Shown: one piece after another, positions 1 through 13,022 of the stretch
How the letters are laid out: every line of letters starts with the position of its first letter
Numbering within the stretch: position 1 is the stretch's first letter
DNA from: Phoronis australis
Lineage: Eukaryota > Animalia > Phoronida
Direction: 5' to 3'
NCBI GenBank assembly: GCA_002633005.1
Contig: NMRA01000163.1
Span: 32,071 to 96,070, forward strand
DNA: 64,000 nt
Program-made: the position numbers and the translations under genes
The notes under the pieces: model-generated
What the model saw: only the letters and a program-made list of their open reading frames with translations
Told to the model about the DNA's origin: nothing
Database searches by the model: none

Positions 1-239
1 GATTTGACCTGATCACGTAAGATAGAGTTCTCTTCCCTTGACGTGGCATACTCGCGTCTGAGAGACTCAAAATCGTTGGACAGCTTTTCGAACTTGTCGT
101 TTATTATCTCTAATAGTTGACGGTTAGATATATCTGTAGTCTTCGGGCTCGTCTCACTTCAAGGCATATAGGACGAAATGCTTCGAGTCACTGACCTGTC
201 ACTGGCTGAAGGTGTTGTTGTCTTCCTAGACCCAGGCAT
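1..239 (-). mobile_element. Probable LINE ORF1 N-terminus (coiled coil), decayed, runs off window start
   Basis: Manual translation from ATG 239: MPGSRKTTTPSASDRSVTRSISSYMP*SETSPKTTDISNRQLLEIINDKFEKLSNDFESLRREYATSREENSILRDQVK. One stop; heptad-like pattern typical of LINE ORF1p. Confidence 0.45.
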
Positions 240-379
240 TATCGCTAATATTACGTAAGTAGGTCAATTAATGGCGGACAGGGCCCGGTTATTCCTTCTT
301 CCTCAGGTGCTCTACACACATACTAAATATTCACTTCTGAAGTGAGTAGCAAACAATTTGTCAGCCTCCACGAGGTCAC

Positions 380-830
380 TGTGTTTATCTCTCTCAACCA
401 AACCACAAATTTGATGAAAATACTTCACTTGTACAGTCAAAAGAATCAATTTTCGAGACACAATTCTCACCTTGATGCTTATTATGCGACACCTACCGGT
501 TAGGTGCCTACATACCAAATTTCATGAAAATCCGTTCAGGACTTTTGAAGATACAAAGGTAAGCATAAAAAAATAAAATTGCCACTAGGGGACACACCGG
601 TACTCGGATCCGTCCGAAAGTTTGCACATGCCGTCCCATTCATGAATGGAACATATGCCGTACCAAATTTCATGAACGTATGTCAAAGGGTTTTGGAGAT
701 AAAGCAGCGGACGCCGGACGCCGTACGCCGGACGGACGCTGCCTGGACGGACGGACGGACGGAGATGGCGGCATAATGCGTCCTCATATAAATATGTGGG
801 TGCATAAAAAGGAATGAGGGATACGCCTAT
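380..830. repeat. Non-autonomous repeat with ACCAAATTTCATGAA motifs and (GGAC)n microsatellite (HINE/Helentron-like)
   Basis: taccaaatttcatgaa at ~513 and ~661; ggacggacggacgg tract ~745-762. Family assignment is by recalled resemblance only. Confidence 0.35.
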
Positions 831-2389
831 CAACTGATCTCTTTGACGAGCATGTGATCTAGTTTCGACTAGGAATTACCGAGACAACTGTTACGATGCC
901 TATTCAATACGCCCTTTGTATTGATGTAGATCTGTGCTAATGAAGTGGAAAGGTGATAGCTAGCATTGTTGTCTCAACAATGGTTACACCCAATATTTGG
1001 TTTCCGCTGACATTTTCAGAATGACAGCCTGCAACTGTGGAGAGAAGTTTTAACTTGGTACATTATAAATATCACAAAATGACTAAAAAGGTTAACATGT
1101 GTTTATCTTCACATAGGGCCACTTCCCAAAAGAACGATATGTTTCATATTGGTTTTCTTTAATTAATTTTAATGCTTCTGCCCACTTCTTTTTTTACCGG
1201 AAACTGGTAGTTTGTCTACTGAACTCTAAACCGTCTCCTCCATTATATGAACTCACGCATTCCTCTGATTGCCGTTGTGGCCACCAGCCCAAACCGATCG
1301 CAAATACGCCTTGCTTCGTGCTCGCAATGTTTTATCAGAGATCAGATAGGTCACGGTTTGGGCTCCAAGATGCTCAGAATAAAGCAAAATGACTGCTCAT
1401 CATTGTCTTTCAACGCCAAAAAAGTTCAAAACAACACTTTGAATAAATTGTCTAGGACGTATGGTCACGCGCGCCAGAATATTCGGGAACAATGCTGTTG
1501 TCAGCGTAGCTGCGAATTGATACTGTAAGCGATCGTGTCAAGACTATGACCACTATACCGTCACTTACTGTGCGTAGGCGCTACCTTAAGATGTAAAAAG
1601 GTAGTTGGCTGCGCCTATGTGCGCCTACGTCCCACTATAACGTAATATACTGCGTAGGCGCAACGTTCCAGTGCCGAAACATGAGTGCACCCACGAGAGG
1701 GACTTGGGGGGCTCGAACGAGCCCTCCTATTAGGCGAAGTGGGCAAAAAGTTAAGCCTCGGAGAAACAAAAACTCCGAAACAAGTAGAAAACTAGAAAAA
1801 AATCCACTGAAAACGCAGGATCTACCTAATTTTGACGAGTGCATAACTCACATGTGTGAACGTAACCTGTTTTTTAAAAGGTCCATATTTCCAAAAATTC
1901 AAGCTCCACATTATTGGCTGGGTGCACGCAGGCAAAAGGTGGTTGGCTGCGCCTACAGAATGTACGTGCGCCCACTCCCCGCTACAACACTGATTCCAAA
2001 AAATTTCCACTGCTACGAAAGAATTCGCGCCAAAAAGCAGCGGTTGCGACAGATAAAGAATTTCGATTCCAGCTTGTGTCAAATAGCTGAAATAAATTCG
2101 TGAACTTACATGTATACTAATCCAACAATAGAAGGCGCTGACAGTGTGGCTTTTATTTTTTAAGGTGATAATGTTTATTGAAGAATACACGGAACATACA
2201 AGGAAAAATATGACAAACCCAGAAATTGCGAAGCATATCTGGGTTGAAGACAGTACATTCACTGTAGGTGAAAGTAGTATACTAAGAGTTATATATATAT
2301 GTAAGTAGTATCTAACTTAAGAATTCAAATATCACAAAAATACTAGAAACAAAAGCATATGCAGATACGGATATGAGAAGCAAAAAGAT

Positions 2390-3340
2390 TGACAAGCTAT
2401 GCATAAAATTTACTAACATAGCTTAAAGGGATTTTATTGAGGAAAAGGTCGAAGCTTAGACTGCCATTTAATAATAATGTATTTTGGTAGAGATATTATT
2501 TACATGAATTGAAAGCATTTACAGTTAATTGGTTTTCACTGAGCGCACGAAAGAGAGAATTTCTCGGGTGTTCGATGAGGAAACATTCGAAGTAAATATG
2601 AGGATAAGACTGAAGGTCACCACTTTTACAATTTGGAGAGTCATTACTCAAGTCGTGCCTAAAAACAGATATGGAAATCAGAAGCAACAAGATTGATAAG
2701 CGATGCACAAAATTTACTAACATTGCTAAAGAGGAATTCATTAAGAAAAGGTCAAAGCTTGGACTACCATTTAATAATAATGTTGGTAGAGATATTATTA
2801 CAGGAATTGAAAGCATTTACAATTAATTGGTTTTCATTGAGTGCACGAAAGAGCGAATTTCTCGTGTGTTCGATGAGGGCACATTTGAAGAAAATATGAG
2901 GATAAGATTGATGGGTACCACATTTACAGCTTGGAGAGACATTACTAGTCGTGCGTAAACATGTAGGAGTTGAGGAAAAGACCGCAGCTCTGTCGGTAAA
3001 ATGCCATTTCGTTCTCGCGGGGAAGCGAGAACTGTGCCAGGGCTATTGAGTTGTCAAGTTTATAAAAAGCTGTCTTAAAAGCTTTTTTTGTACTTGTGAA
3101 TGAGTTGCTTTCCTTAACAGAGACTGGAAGAGAATTCCTGTTGTTGACCTTCTGAATTCCTGAGTGAACGGCGGAGGATTTGCATATGGCCTTGCCTAGT
3201 ATACATGTATAGATAGGGTAATTTTTGATAGAGTCATTGTTGACATGTTTAGTACCTTGAGAGTAAACGAGGCCATGAGAAGATTGCGTCGAGTAGACAG
3301 CTTGGGCCACTTCATTCAACACCTTAAAGAAGAATGACAC
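2390..3340 (-). mobile_element. LINE (CR1/L2-like) ORF2 C-terminal remnant with tandemly duplicated Cys/His module
   Basis: NSLPVSVKES...FK...RENEMAFYRQSCGLFLNSYMFTH followed by SPxCKCG...YPHIxFxC...HPRNSL twice (~300-bp unit). Confidence 0.65.
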
Positions 3341-4972
3341 CCGAGTTAATTAGTCATTGTTACTGTCTTAATCGGTCTATATCCACATCGCCTCTTACAC
3401 GGTCGACCTCACCTTGCCGAGAGGTGTCGCGTTAACCTGGGAGGAAGGTGAGAAACGACAAAGCGACGTCAGTAGTTCGTCTGCAGAGTGAATGCCTCTA
3501 TGTTGCGGTGCATCGTTACCTCTTGTCCGAACTATGAAACTGCGAAGAAAGCGAGTACATCGGTTTTTCGACTTTCTCAAGAGCCCGAAATGCTTAGGAA
3601 GTGGCTCGCGGTAGTGAAGAATGCCAAGGTAGGCTGTTAAGAACAAGTATGAGGCCGTGAAACATCTCCTTGTCTGTGGCCGGCATTTCGTCGACAGTGA
3701 TTTCTCTGATGAACTGCGGCTCACCAAAGAACTGTCCATACTTTCCGTTGCCTGCTCATGTTCACAGCGCCTCTAGTATTCCAGTTCGAACTGATAGCCT
3801 GTGAAACCTGACGATTCGACCCGTGAAATCTTCGTCGCCTGAGCTCTTGCGGGGCGAGTTGCCGTTTATTAGTAGGCTAGACATTTATTATTCTACGTTC
3901 TGTTTCAAAATGAATTATTCTCACCCTAACCAATGCTTATATGAAACTGAAACAAAACTTGTATCATTAGATACATCTTGTAATGCCTTGGAGTGCTCGT
4001 TAGTGCAAACGTCTTGAGAAGCCAATAAACCACTGCGTTACCGGCTTTTGATGCCGGCAACAAAGGTAATTGACCGGGCACCGAGGCCGTGTGAGCGCAT
4101 GCTAATTCAGTGTTTGGTGACAGAAAGCTGTTGTGAAGCAATTACTCGATTTTATATGCTAGGGAAATCTTTATTTAGAAATACAAATACATTATTCAAA
4201 TCATTGTTACTGTAGAACTTTTGCCCTGACGGTCTGTGGAAGGGGAACGGCCACATCGCGGCCCCAGACAAGTAAGTAGATTTTCAGTTTCGTGGCTAAT
4301 TCACATAAATATTTACGTGCACATTATTTCTTTGGCCCACTATTATAATCTTTTCGTGACTAGAGGTTTACTAGTTTCCAACTCAAGCTGGTTTATGTTC
4401 GTGCCAGTCTCGGCGGCCGCGACGGGTCTGATCGGGTTCCGAGCCACTAGCCGGGATAACGAGTCAGCCCGGCCACGGCGACGGGCCTGATCGAGTTCCG
4501 AGGCACTGGCCTGGATAATTGGAGTTTTGTGTGTTTAGATTTCAATAAATAAGTTTTGTAGCAATTAGGACTAAGTTCTTAAAAATGGTAATTATAATCA
4601 TTGTAGATGAGAAACTCCGAATTTGTTGACTCGTTTATGAATCAAAATAAAGACTTATCTCCCTTGTCATGTATACTCGCGGAATTCCATGTCAATGGAA
4701 TCCCCGAGTAGAATCGCGACGAATGTGGACGATATTGGAATAGCTGTAGTATTAATTGAAGAAATTTTAAAACGAAAAACATCATTGAAACGGTTTAGTT
4801 ATCACTAAGGGAACATAAAAGGTTCACTGAGTGATTAAAATAAAACTAGCAGAAGAAGCACAGTTGACAGGTCAACTAATTGCGCTTTTGACGTTCCCAC
4901 ACTGAACTGCAGTTTGTTTGCTTATTAGCCCTGTAGTTCACCAAACTTGAGTAGATCTTTGCCGTGCACTAA

Positions 4973-5229
4973 CAGTGGCGGATCTAGGATACCATAAGGG
5001 AGGGCCAACATGCTGCCTCGGAGAATTAGGGAAAGCGTGATTATGTGCACAGTCGCCCAGAAAGTTGCCGGGGTCGGCGATGTGACCCGGTGTCCCCCCC
5101 CAAAAAAACGGCAACCCGATTCCCCCGTGCTCTGGGGCCTCCTGTTCCTTGTTGGTGATTTCCATATTTCTTCACGCTTCACGCTTTTTGATTTTGCTAG
5201 CACCAGCCAAGGGGAGGCGGGTCCCCTGN
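4973..5229 (+). mobile_element. Non-autonomous DNA transposon, CAGTGGCGGATC family; right end lost at the single N
   Basis: Starts cagtggcggatctagg; left flank actaa, right flank nctaa. Confidence 0.5.
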
Positions 5230-5328
5230 CTAATTACAATACCAGAACAGCAACAATTTTTTGCGAGACATTAGTGATGTTGATACTGATGAGGAAGAAA
5301 ATAGTGGTGGAGTTTTGTAGTGCTGTTC

Positions 5329-5638
5329 TAGTGGCGGATCAGGGACCAGAAGGAGGGGGGCAGCATGTTGCCTCGGGGAATTGGGCAGAGCTCGGTTGTA
5401 TGTGTACAGGCGTCCCGAAAGTTGCGGCGACCCGGAGTATGAAGCTTCTGTTCGGGAAATCTATCGACTAAAAATATTTAAAATAATAAACAGGAACGAG
5501 AGCCCACCACGATCTGTGGTATGAGCCCCCTCCCCCCTTCTCCAGTACCACTCCTAGTTATATTTCCTCTCGCGTCGCGCTGTTGCTGTTTCATTTTGCT
5601 TGCGGCAGCCCCTTCCCCCCTCCCTAAATCCGTCTATG
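5329..5638 (+). mobile_element. MITE, YAGTGGCGGATC...AAATCCGYCTATG family, 5-bp TSD
   Basis: Imperfect TIRs; TGTTC duplicated at 5324-5328 and 5639-5643. Confidence 0.75.
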
Positions 5639-6512
5639 TGTTCCAATTAGTGGTATAATTAAAGGAAATTATCAAGTAGTGTATGCTAACCCTGAGGCTC
5701 TGGCATCAACAAGTGATGGTGTGAAACGCTTGCAAAGCAAGGAATTAGCTTCTAAAACAAGGAATTAGCTTACAACGTGGCAATTGGGGTAATCAACGAA
5801 GGACACATTGTGTTAGAATGGTGAGTTTAATGCAGACAAAATACTTTCAATTACATCTATTCGTATCACAACAGGTTTCACAGCACCAATTTTTATGCCT
5901 TTTCTAATACCCAGAATTTTCAAATCCGAGCCTGGAAGTTTTAAGGAAATCTGGGAAAGCGTCCAAAATAATCAAAAACATAAATTTATTCAATGCAGAT
6001 GCACTAAATAAAAATGCCTCCCAAGAGACACGACAACCTCGAATTAACAAGGAACCCAGCAGCCCTTTTAGGTCACCCTGAAGTACAAAAATTGGGACAG
6101 AGTCGGAAATCCACATCATTAAAATAAGATATTCATGGGTGATTTTACTGTCGAAACTGCCCTTTAATTTTTGATTTTTGATAGAGTAACACCATCAGTG
6201 ATAGTACATGTATTATCAAAGCAACAAATGTGCAGAGAACATCATGTAGGCATGCATTCTTAACCTTAACTATATATAGGAAATCCAAAATCTATAATAT
6301 TTTAAATGTTTATGTAAAAGTAATCCTGTATTATACATTGACGTTAGATGCTAAAGACACAAATTTAACGTTTCATTATCTCGTCAAACCATTATTTTTT
6401 TCCAAAACATATGTAAACAATAACATTTTATCACATGGAACAAGTTCCCTTGGTACGTTTCAGTCTAACCAATAAAAATATTCTTTGATCAAAACCCCTT
6501 TAAGCTTATTAA

Positions 6513-6992
6513 AGGCGAAGACAACCTTTTTCATGTCATTTTTAACATAAATAAGGTTCGTTGGTTATCCCAGACATATTTTCCTTTTAGTTACAGCTTT
6601 TCGTAATTTAATTAATTATTCGTTCTCTACTCCGGAAGTGACGTTTTGGGAGGCAAGAATTTCGCGCTAATTTCTTTTCATATCATAGTCTCATTATGAA
6701 AGCTGTCGAGTCAGTCATTGATCTACCTCGGTTGTGTTAAGTTCGGTCGTCGTTTGCTTTTGGTTACGAGTCACATCCGAAATAGAAAAAGGACTGACTC
6801 GGCAGCTCTCACAGTCAGACTATATGAAAAGAAATTGGCGCGAAATTCTTGCCTCCTAAAACGTCACTTCCAGAGTAGAGAACGAATAATTAATTAAATT
6901 ACGAAAAGCTGTAATTAAGTGGAATACATGTCTGGGATAGCCAACGAACCTTATTTTTGCTAAAAAAGACACGAAAAAGGTTGCCTTCGCCT
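6513..6992. mobile_element. Kolobok-like non-autonomous fold-back element (long TIRs, TTAA TSD)
   Basis: ttaa|aggcgaagacaacc...ggttgccttcgcct|ttaa with ~200-bp imperfect inverted arms; same ends as the THAP-bearing copies. Confidence 0.85.
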
Positions 6993-8121
6993 TTAAGCAC
7001 TGAGATCATTCAGTGGCTAACTCACTATGCAACTGATTTTAACAACACACAAACATCATTTCTTGTGAAAAAACACTCATAGCTTATATGTACATATCAG
7101 ATGTTCCCTCAAGATTTATAAATCGAAAGCATTATGTCATGACTCTTTAACCACACGGGCACTCCACTATTATCTGCTCCAGAGTCATTAACTGAAATGG
7201 ACAATTGATTCTGTTGTCATTTATGATTTCTACCTTTCGTCACTGACATTTTTAAAGCTGGTGTAAACTACCACACCATCACTAAAGATCAAAAACTAAA
7301 CAATAAATTGTCATCCCTTTTGCAATCTTTTTTCTTAAAGCAGATCCTCTTACAAACAAGAACAGTCATCCATCAGTTTTACAGTTAACTACACACTGAA
7401 TTTCAAAAATTGGTTATGCAAAAACTCTCTAGTTTGGGACAGTGAATAATCATTTTGATCAAAGTCGGAGCTTTTCCCAATTTTTAGAAATTCACACAAT
7501 TGTCCAGGGGCGGATCCAGGATTTTGAGTTGGGGGGGGGCGGGGCTGAGCTAAGGAATAACCAGAATTTCGACAGATGCAAGCGCCCAGACTAAAATGTG
7601 GGGATATAGGGGTCTCGAATTTTTGAGCTTGCGTACATGTAACTAAAAAAAAATGAAAACGGGTTTTTTCAGGGCCTATGAGTTGTTTATTCACTCCCCG
7701 AACCCCTAAGAAGTTATGATGTTGACACTTTTTATAGAGAATTTGAAAGCATTATTCTGTTTATACATGAAGCCTAAACGGGAAAATTTGATCGAAACTA
7801 GGGTAATTAAATCAAATTAAATTAACATGAATTTCATTTCTGTAAATATTTTATAGATTTGGAGGAATTTCTGCCTTAGAAAACAAACTTTTGAAACACT
7901 GCTAGTCATTTGGAATCCACGAGCTAGTCGTTACAGCTGATTCAGTTTACATTTACTTGTTCTTCTTACGTACTATGAATTTTTAGATTGTGAGTACAAC
8001 ATAGAAAAATATTTACATCAGTTTATCCGCTATAGCTCTCCGAATTGGTGTAAAATTCGTCGTTTCTGATACGTTCATGCAGAGGATATTTTACATGTAT
8101 GCTACCAACTGCAGAGAATTG

Positions 8122-8729
8122 TCAGTGGTTGTTTTTTCTTATTCTCATTACAGAATTTTTAAGTAAAATTACCTCCGTGTCTAGATTACATTTCATGCAA
8201 TTATTTGATGCCGATTTTGGACAATTCACGTTCAAAGGATAGTAGTAATTGATCCCAACGGACGCACAAGCTTTATGCCACCATCCACCTGATTTTGATT
8301 TTCCGCAGTTTCCACTCCATGCATCGTTGTCTCTGTCTTTGGTTGTAAACGGTCTGCCATTTATTTCTTCCATCGAAGACCCCACAATCGCTGTATTTGC
8401 TGTTGAGATGTTTATTCTGTAATTATCTGACTCGTCTGCTACGAAGAACATGTCGTGATCACGTGTTATAACTGTGCCATTCCAACTAGTCATCTCATAC
8501 TGTAACTTATACGGAGCTTGTCTAGTGATGTAGTGAAGGTTATCATTGCCGAGCCACATCTCTTCATTCAAAACACCAAATCCTTCCTTGTAGTCGGTCC
8601 ATGGTCGATCAAAACTGAGACTTCCGTTGAATCTTCGCTGAATGATCGTCCACCCTTCTTGGCAGTAAACGTGGAATTCTCTGTGACAGTTTTTTGGACG
8701 AATTAACAGAAACCCAGTGAAGTCAGGTG
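8122..8729 (-). CDS. Gene A exon 3: fibrinogen-related domain (PAN-FReD protein, 302 aa total)
   Basis: ttatttaag| acceptor, phase 1. (A)PDFTGFLLIRPKNCHREFHVYCQEGWTIIQRRFNGSLSFDRPWTDYKEGFG...EMWLGND...FTTKDRDND...NC...GGWWHKAC...MRIRKNNH*: classic FReD motifs. Confidence 0.93.
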
Positions 8730-8761
8730 CTTAAATAAGATAAATAAAATTAAAATGCATG

Positions 8762-8786
8762 AAGTAAGTAAGTAAGTAAGTAAGTA
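8762..8786. repeat. (AAGT)n microsatellite near the exon-3 acceptor
   Basis: About 6 units here, about 14 units at 39395-39451. Confidence 0.85.
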
Positions 8787-10032
8787 TTTATTTTTTAGTA
8801 TAGTGACATGTGTTCAAATTAATTTAAACAATGAATACGTTACAAAGACTAGGAACACCCAGCCCTCCGCGGGGGTTATAAGTCACTTTAGATACATGAT
8901 ACAAAAAAGAAAAGACAATTGTACACACATTGCAAGAGGACCAGAAAGAAAGCAAATGGAAAGTTTGGATTGTTTATAATGACATGAACATTGCAAAACG
9001 CAGATGAAAATAGATTAGGAGCCTGTGACTGCACCAGAACATTAGTGATAAAATGGGAACATGGATTTTTAACATGCAGTTACATGGAATTACTGGGATA
9101 GTTTAGCTTGAAAAACTAGCGGCAATTAAAAAGTGGCTCTTTTCATTTGAAGGATGAGTTTCGATAGGTTATTGCAAAACACCAACACAGAAATTCCGAA
9201 AATGGGTCCACCCAAAAGAACGCCCATGGGAGCATTTTTAGAAGTTTTCCCAAAGTACGCCTTATTTTCAGTAACTGTTCGCATAGTTTGAAAATTTGAT
9301 GAGATGTTCTAAAATACATATGTACTGTAATATATTTTGATGTAAAGTTTTGTTCATTGTGGCAAGACATAGTATTTCAGGACGGGGCATAGTTTCAAAA
9401 AATGTCAGACGCTGAATTCTCTCATTCCTGTCTCCTATTTATCCAAAGAGGTACTAAGAAGCCGAAGTGCTTATCAGACACTATAAATGGCATAGCACAA
9501 TATCCATCACAGTTGGCGGCACGCACCCTCCAAATCCACACATGACAGCCAAACCCCGGGTTAGAAGTCCATGTGTGGATATATTTCATTATGTCTTTTT
9601 ACATAATATACTGTCAACGACCCAGTTAACAAAACATTTGTATAAAAACAGGACGTCAGCTGTGAAATACATGTACACGGGTTTAAACCGCGTATCACAG
9701 TATTTTGTTGACACGACTCTCATAGCCGTAATCATACCTTAACTGCTTTTACAAGAACAGTTGTCTAAAACACAGATACATGTAAATGGTCAATAAACGT
9801 ATGCTTCCTTTCCGAATGAATGTTGGCAATTTCAATTCCATAGTGTTCACAGATAGCCCTTAATTCAGGTAGTTTTTATAACAGTATAAGTGCAGGCGGT
9901 CTGGTACAAGATGTACTAGACGTGCGTAGGCCGCCCATGTGACTCTAATGCACTGGTCACCTGGAACCATTTTTAAGCGTTATAAATATGTTGTTAAAAT
10001 CGAGCTGAGGAGGTAGAAATCTGGGTCTAACA

Positions 10033-10112
10033 GTGTAGCCTAGTGGGACTCGAACCCACGGCCTTGAGTAAAGAAAGCAGGCACCTATCACAGTAGGCCA
10101 AACTGCCTCCTC
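10033..10112 (-). mobile_element. tRNA-derived SINE head (also ~25858-25942 and ~41982-42065)
   Basis: Minus strand tggcctactgtg (A-box-like) ... gggttcgagtcccact (B-box); no intact cloverleaf. Confidence 0.55.
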
Positions 10113-10418
10113 TCATCTAGTTTTGGCTTTCTAAGAGAAATTTCGGTTGCTTAATTACACAAATTACTATCACCAAGGATTATATGATGACGAGATTTGA
10201 CCACTTCAGTGTAGCCCCCACAAAAGTGTCTTAGCGTTGACAGCGTCTTCATTATCGGTGTCTTGCAGGCTGCTAAAGCAATTTGCGTTGATGTTTGATA
10301 TGATTAATCTCGAAGCGTCATCTGCATTTGTTGCAGTTCTTATTTCGGGCGACTGACTCAAAGGATATTACAAGCTCATTTGACTCGGCTCCCGTGGCTA
10401 CTGTGGCAACATACTCAC

Positions 10419-10443
10419 CAGGGTCGGAACAGTCTCTGTGGAC
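10419..10443 (-). CDS. Gene A exon 2: 25-nt microexon VHRDCSDP
   Basis: tatttcag|GTCCACAGAGACTGTTCCGACCCTG|gtgagt. Phase 0 in and phase 1 out join exons 1 and 3 in frame; supplies the FReD 'RDCSD' motif. Confidence 0.9.
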
Positions 10444-12616
10444 CTGAAATACAGCAAAGGGAAAATTTATGATCTGGCTTGTTCATCTGTACATACATGT
10501 CCGTTTATGGTAGCTGAATAACACATGCCTATAATGGCAACTTCAACTCAGTAATCTTAAGTATGAAAACGACATAGCCTTTGCCTCCCACTCGCATCGA
10601 TGTTGATTTGCCAGCATCCATTGGCTCGACCAGCCCAGTTGCCGGAGCCTGAAGCCGACGAAATGGCCGACGATTTTGGATGAATGGTGAGGCTTTAGAT
10701 TTTAATAAATTGCACCTCTGACTCGTTGTGCGACTGATTTGCCCCCAATTTCAAATTTATTTTGACCACGAATTGAAATTCATCGAGTTGGTATTTGTCA
10801 GTTAGCGGTTTTGGAACTCCCGGATTTTCAGAATCAGTTTCAATCACTGAATAACGCATTTATCAGCGACTGCTAGCTTTAACTATTATGAACCACTAAC
10901 CTTAAATGTGTGTATACATGTAGGTTCAATAGTTCTAAAAGGCAACTTCAAATGCAAATCGAATTGCATAGAAGACTGTTCATTTAGCTCATGAAGTGAC
11001 GTTACTGAAAGAATTCTGCGATAGGGAGGCTTTTCTTTGACAGCTTCTTGCGACTGGTTCTCCTGTTTCGGCTTCCGAAGAGCAGGGGTTTCCCAATCTT
11101 CCAGCGATACAACATGTCGAATATAGTCAAACCTACCCCTAACCGAGCTTATAAACTGCCCTTCACAAGAGTGTGCACAAATAACACGGGTTTCCGTCTG
11201 TGTAATTGGTGAGAGGTAGTTTATGAATATCCAGACTAGTACGACCTGCAGTTGCATTCTTCATAAGGGAACATGAAATTGGATCTTAACCGAAGAACCC
11301 TCATCACCTGCTACCACGCAGGAACTGATCAACTCAATGTAGTTCGGGACCAGGATCGAAACTCCCAATGAATTGGCATCCCGATAAAAATAGCAACAGG
11401 AAAGCGTCAGTCCAACCGACGTTTGAAGTAAGTTGACGTAGCTCTAATTCTAATTCTATTATGTGCAACTGTTTTCCTAATTTGTTAAGGTAACTCAATT
11501 GTGATTGTATTTGGATTACAGAGAGACAAAGAAACCAGTGAATTGTGCTGGTGGTTATTTTTTAAACTTGAAAAGTAGACCTACTTTGAGAATCGAATCG
11601 AAATGTACCTACACGTATCGATATCGAAATCAGCTGCCCCCTCATCGCGGTTTAGATTACGATTCTACCAATCGTCACACCCTTTGTTTATCCGGAACTT
11701 GTTTTGAAATACTGTGTACCACAGGTTATGCATACTTGGTAACTGTCCTGCATTTGGAAGGACCGTCCCGCTTTTTGAAGCTTCCCACGCCCCCATTGCA
11801 TCAGAAAGGCCTGCTGTTTAACACTCTTGATGGAGTTTATATGTATGTAATATTGAACCTTTTGATGTTTACCAACAAAATTTACCGATCTTTTGCCGTT
11901 TATTTCAGAGCATGGCAAACAACATCGGGATGTTTCTATGTGATTCATTCGCACCTCGCGGTAAAGCACAACTCAATTAGTTCCACTTCTTCCTTTTTAA
12001 CGTTGTAATCTGTGGGTAATAGTAGTTGCTAACATTTCAAAATGAAGAAGCGGAACATCTGGATCTAAGACAGCAAGTGAAATGTCCACTTCATGAATCC
12101 ATAAATATCGCGGAGAAGGCGTTTCTCATTTCCTTCAAGGGTGCTGGAACTTGGAATAACGGTGATATTTTGTGCAACAGAAGCACGAACACGGGTACCC
12201 ATGCAGCAGTGCGAATGTGTATGCATCGTCGTGTATGTCGAAAACAGCCAGTATGTACTGATGCTGCGCTGTGACGCGGACAGGCGCTTTAAAAAGCGGA
12301 ACAGTCCTCAGCTGTGAATGTCGACTGCATATGCATTCAACGGCTACGCCAAACACCAGTTATTTACAGTACCAATTACTATACTTTGGTTCAAACACAG
12401 GCCCTATATCTGTGCAGAACAGCAGCTTGGACAAGGTTTGTTTAATTAGAACAATGTACATGCACGACCTCTGCTAGCCTTTATAGGACACACCTGTTGC
12501 GTTAACATTCTCGGTCATCCAACAAATTGGAAATGTTTTCGCGAAGTGCACATGTTCATAATGCCAAAGAGAATCTCATCGAACAAATGTGGCTGTGCGG
12601 TGTAAAAGTTAACCAG

Positions 12617-13022
12617 GGCCCGGTCTCTAATCTTTGTACTCGAAACGAACTCGAAACTATTTTTGGCAATTTCTCTGCTCCTTTTGTGCGAACTTAAGAT
12701 AATTGGTTATCAGACTGTGCTCGAATACATTATAGTTTATGCATAGGAGTTTCTAGTTCAAGTTTGCCCTTGAAGACCCTTACTGTATATTCGTGCTACA
12801 AACTCGAATAAAAACTCGAAATTTTGAGTTGAAACTCGAACTTATTGCTTTAATATTGGGTTTACAAACTGTGAACTAAGGGCAATAAATTATCTACGTA
12901 AGTTATTTTGTACTCGAGCATAGAATAATAGACACTTATCTTGAGTTCGCTCAAAAGTAGAATAGAAAATGCCAAACCTAATTTCGAGTTCCATTTCGCG
13001 TGAAAAGATTGGAGACCGGGCC
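12617..13022 (+). mobile_element. Harbinger-like MITE, 3-bp CAG TSD
   Basis: TIR ggcccggtctctaatcttt / aaagattggagaccgggcc; empty site aaccaggtct at ~46474. Confidence 0.85.

Noticed and set aside
4410-4520. Two ~56-bp direct repeats, considered as a CRISPR-like array
   Set aside because: Only two degenerate units, no unique spacers, eukaryotic context.
8518-8706. Plus-strand ORFs at 8518, 22239, 22502, 38882, 39151 and 61374
   Set aside because: Antisense shadows of the FReD exons.
10033-10112. Possible tRNA genes here and at ~58101-58172
   Set aside because: A/B boxes present but no intact cloverleaf; treated as SINE-derived.
10886-11257. 123-aa minus-strand ORF conserved at ~44748-45225 and ~26730-27300
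   Set aside because: Frame is broken among copies and there is no recognisable domain; conservation is explained by intron duplication.
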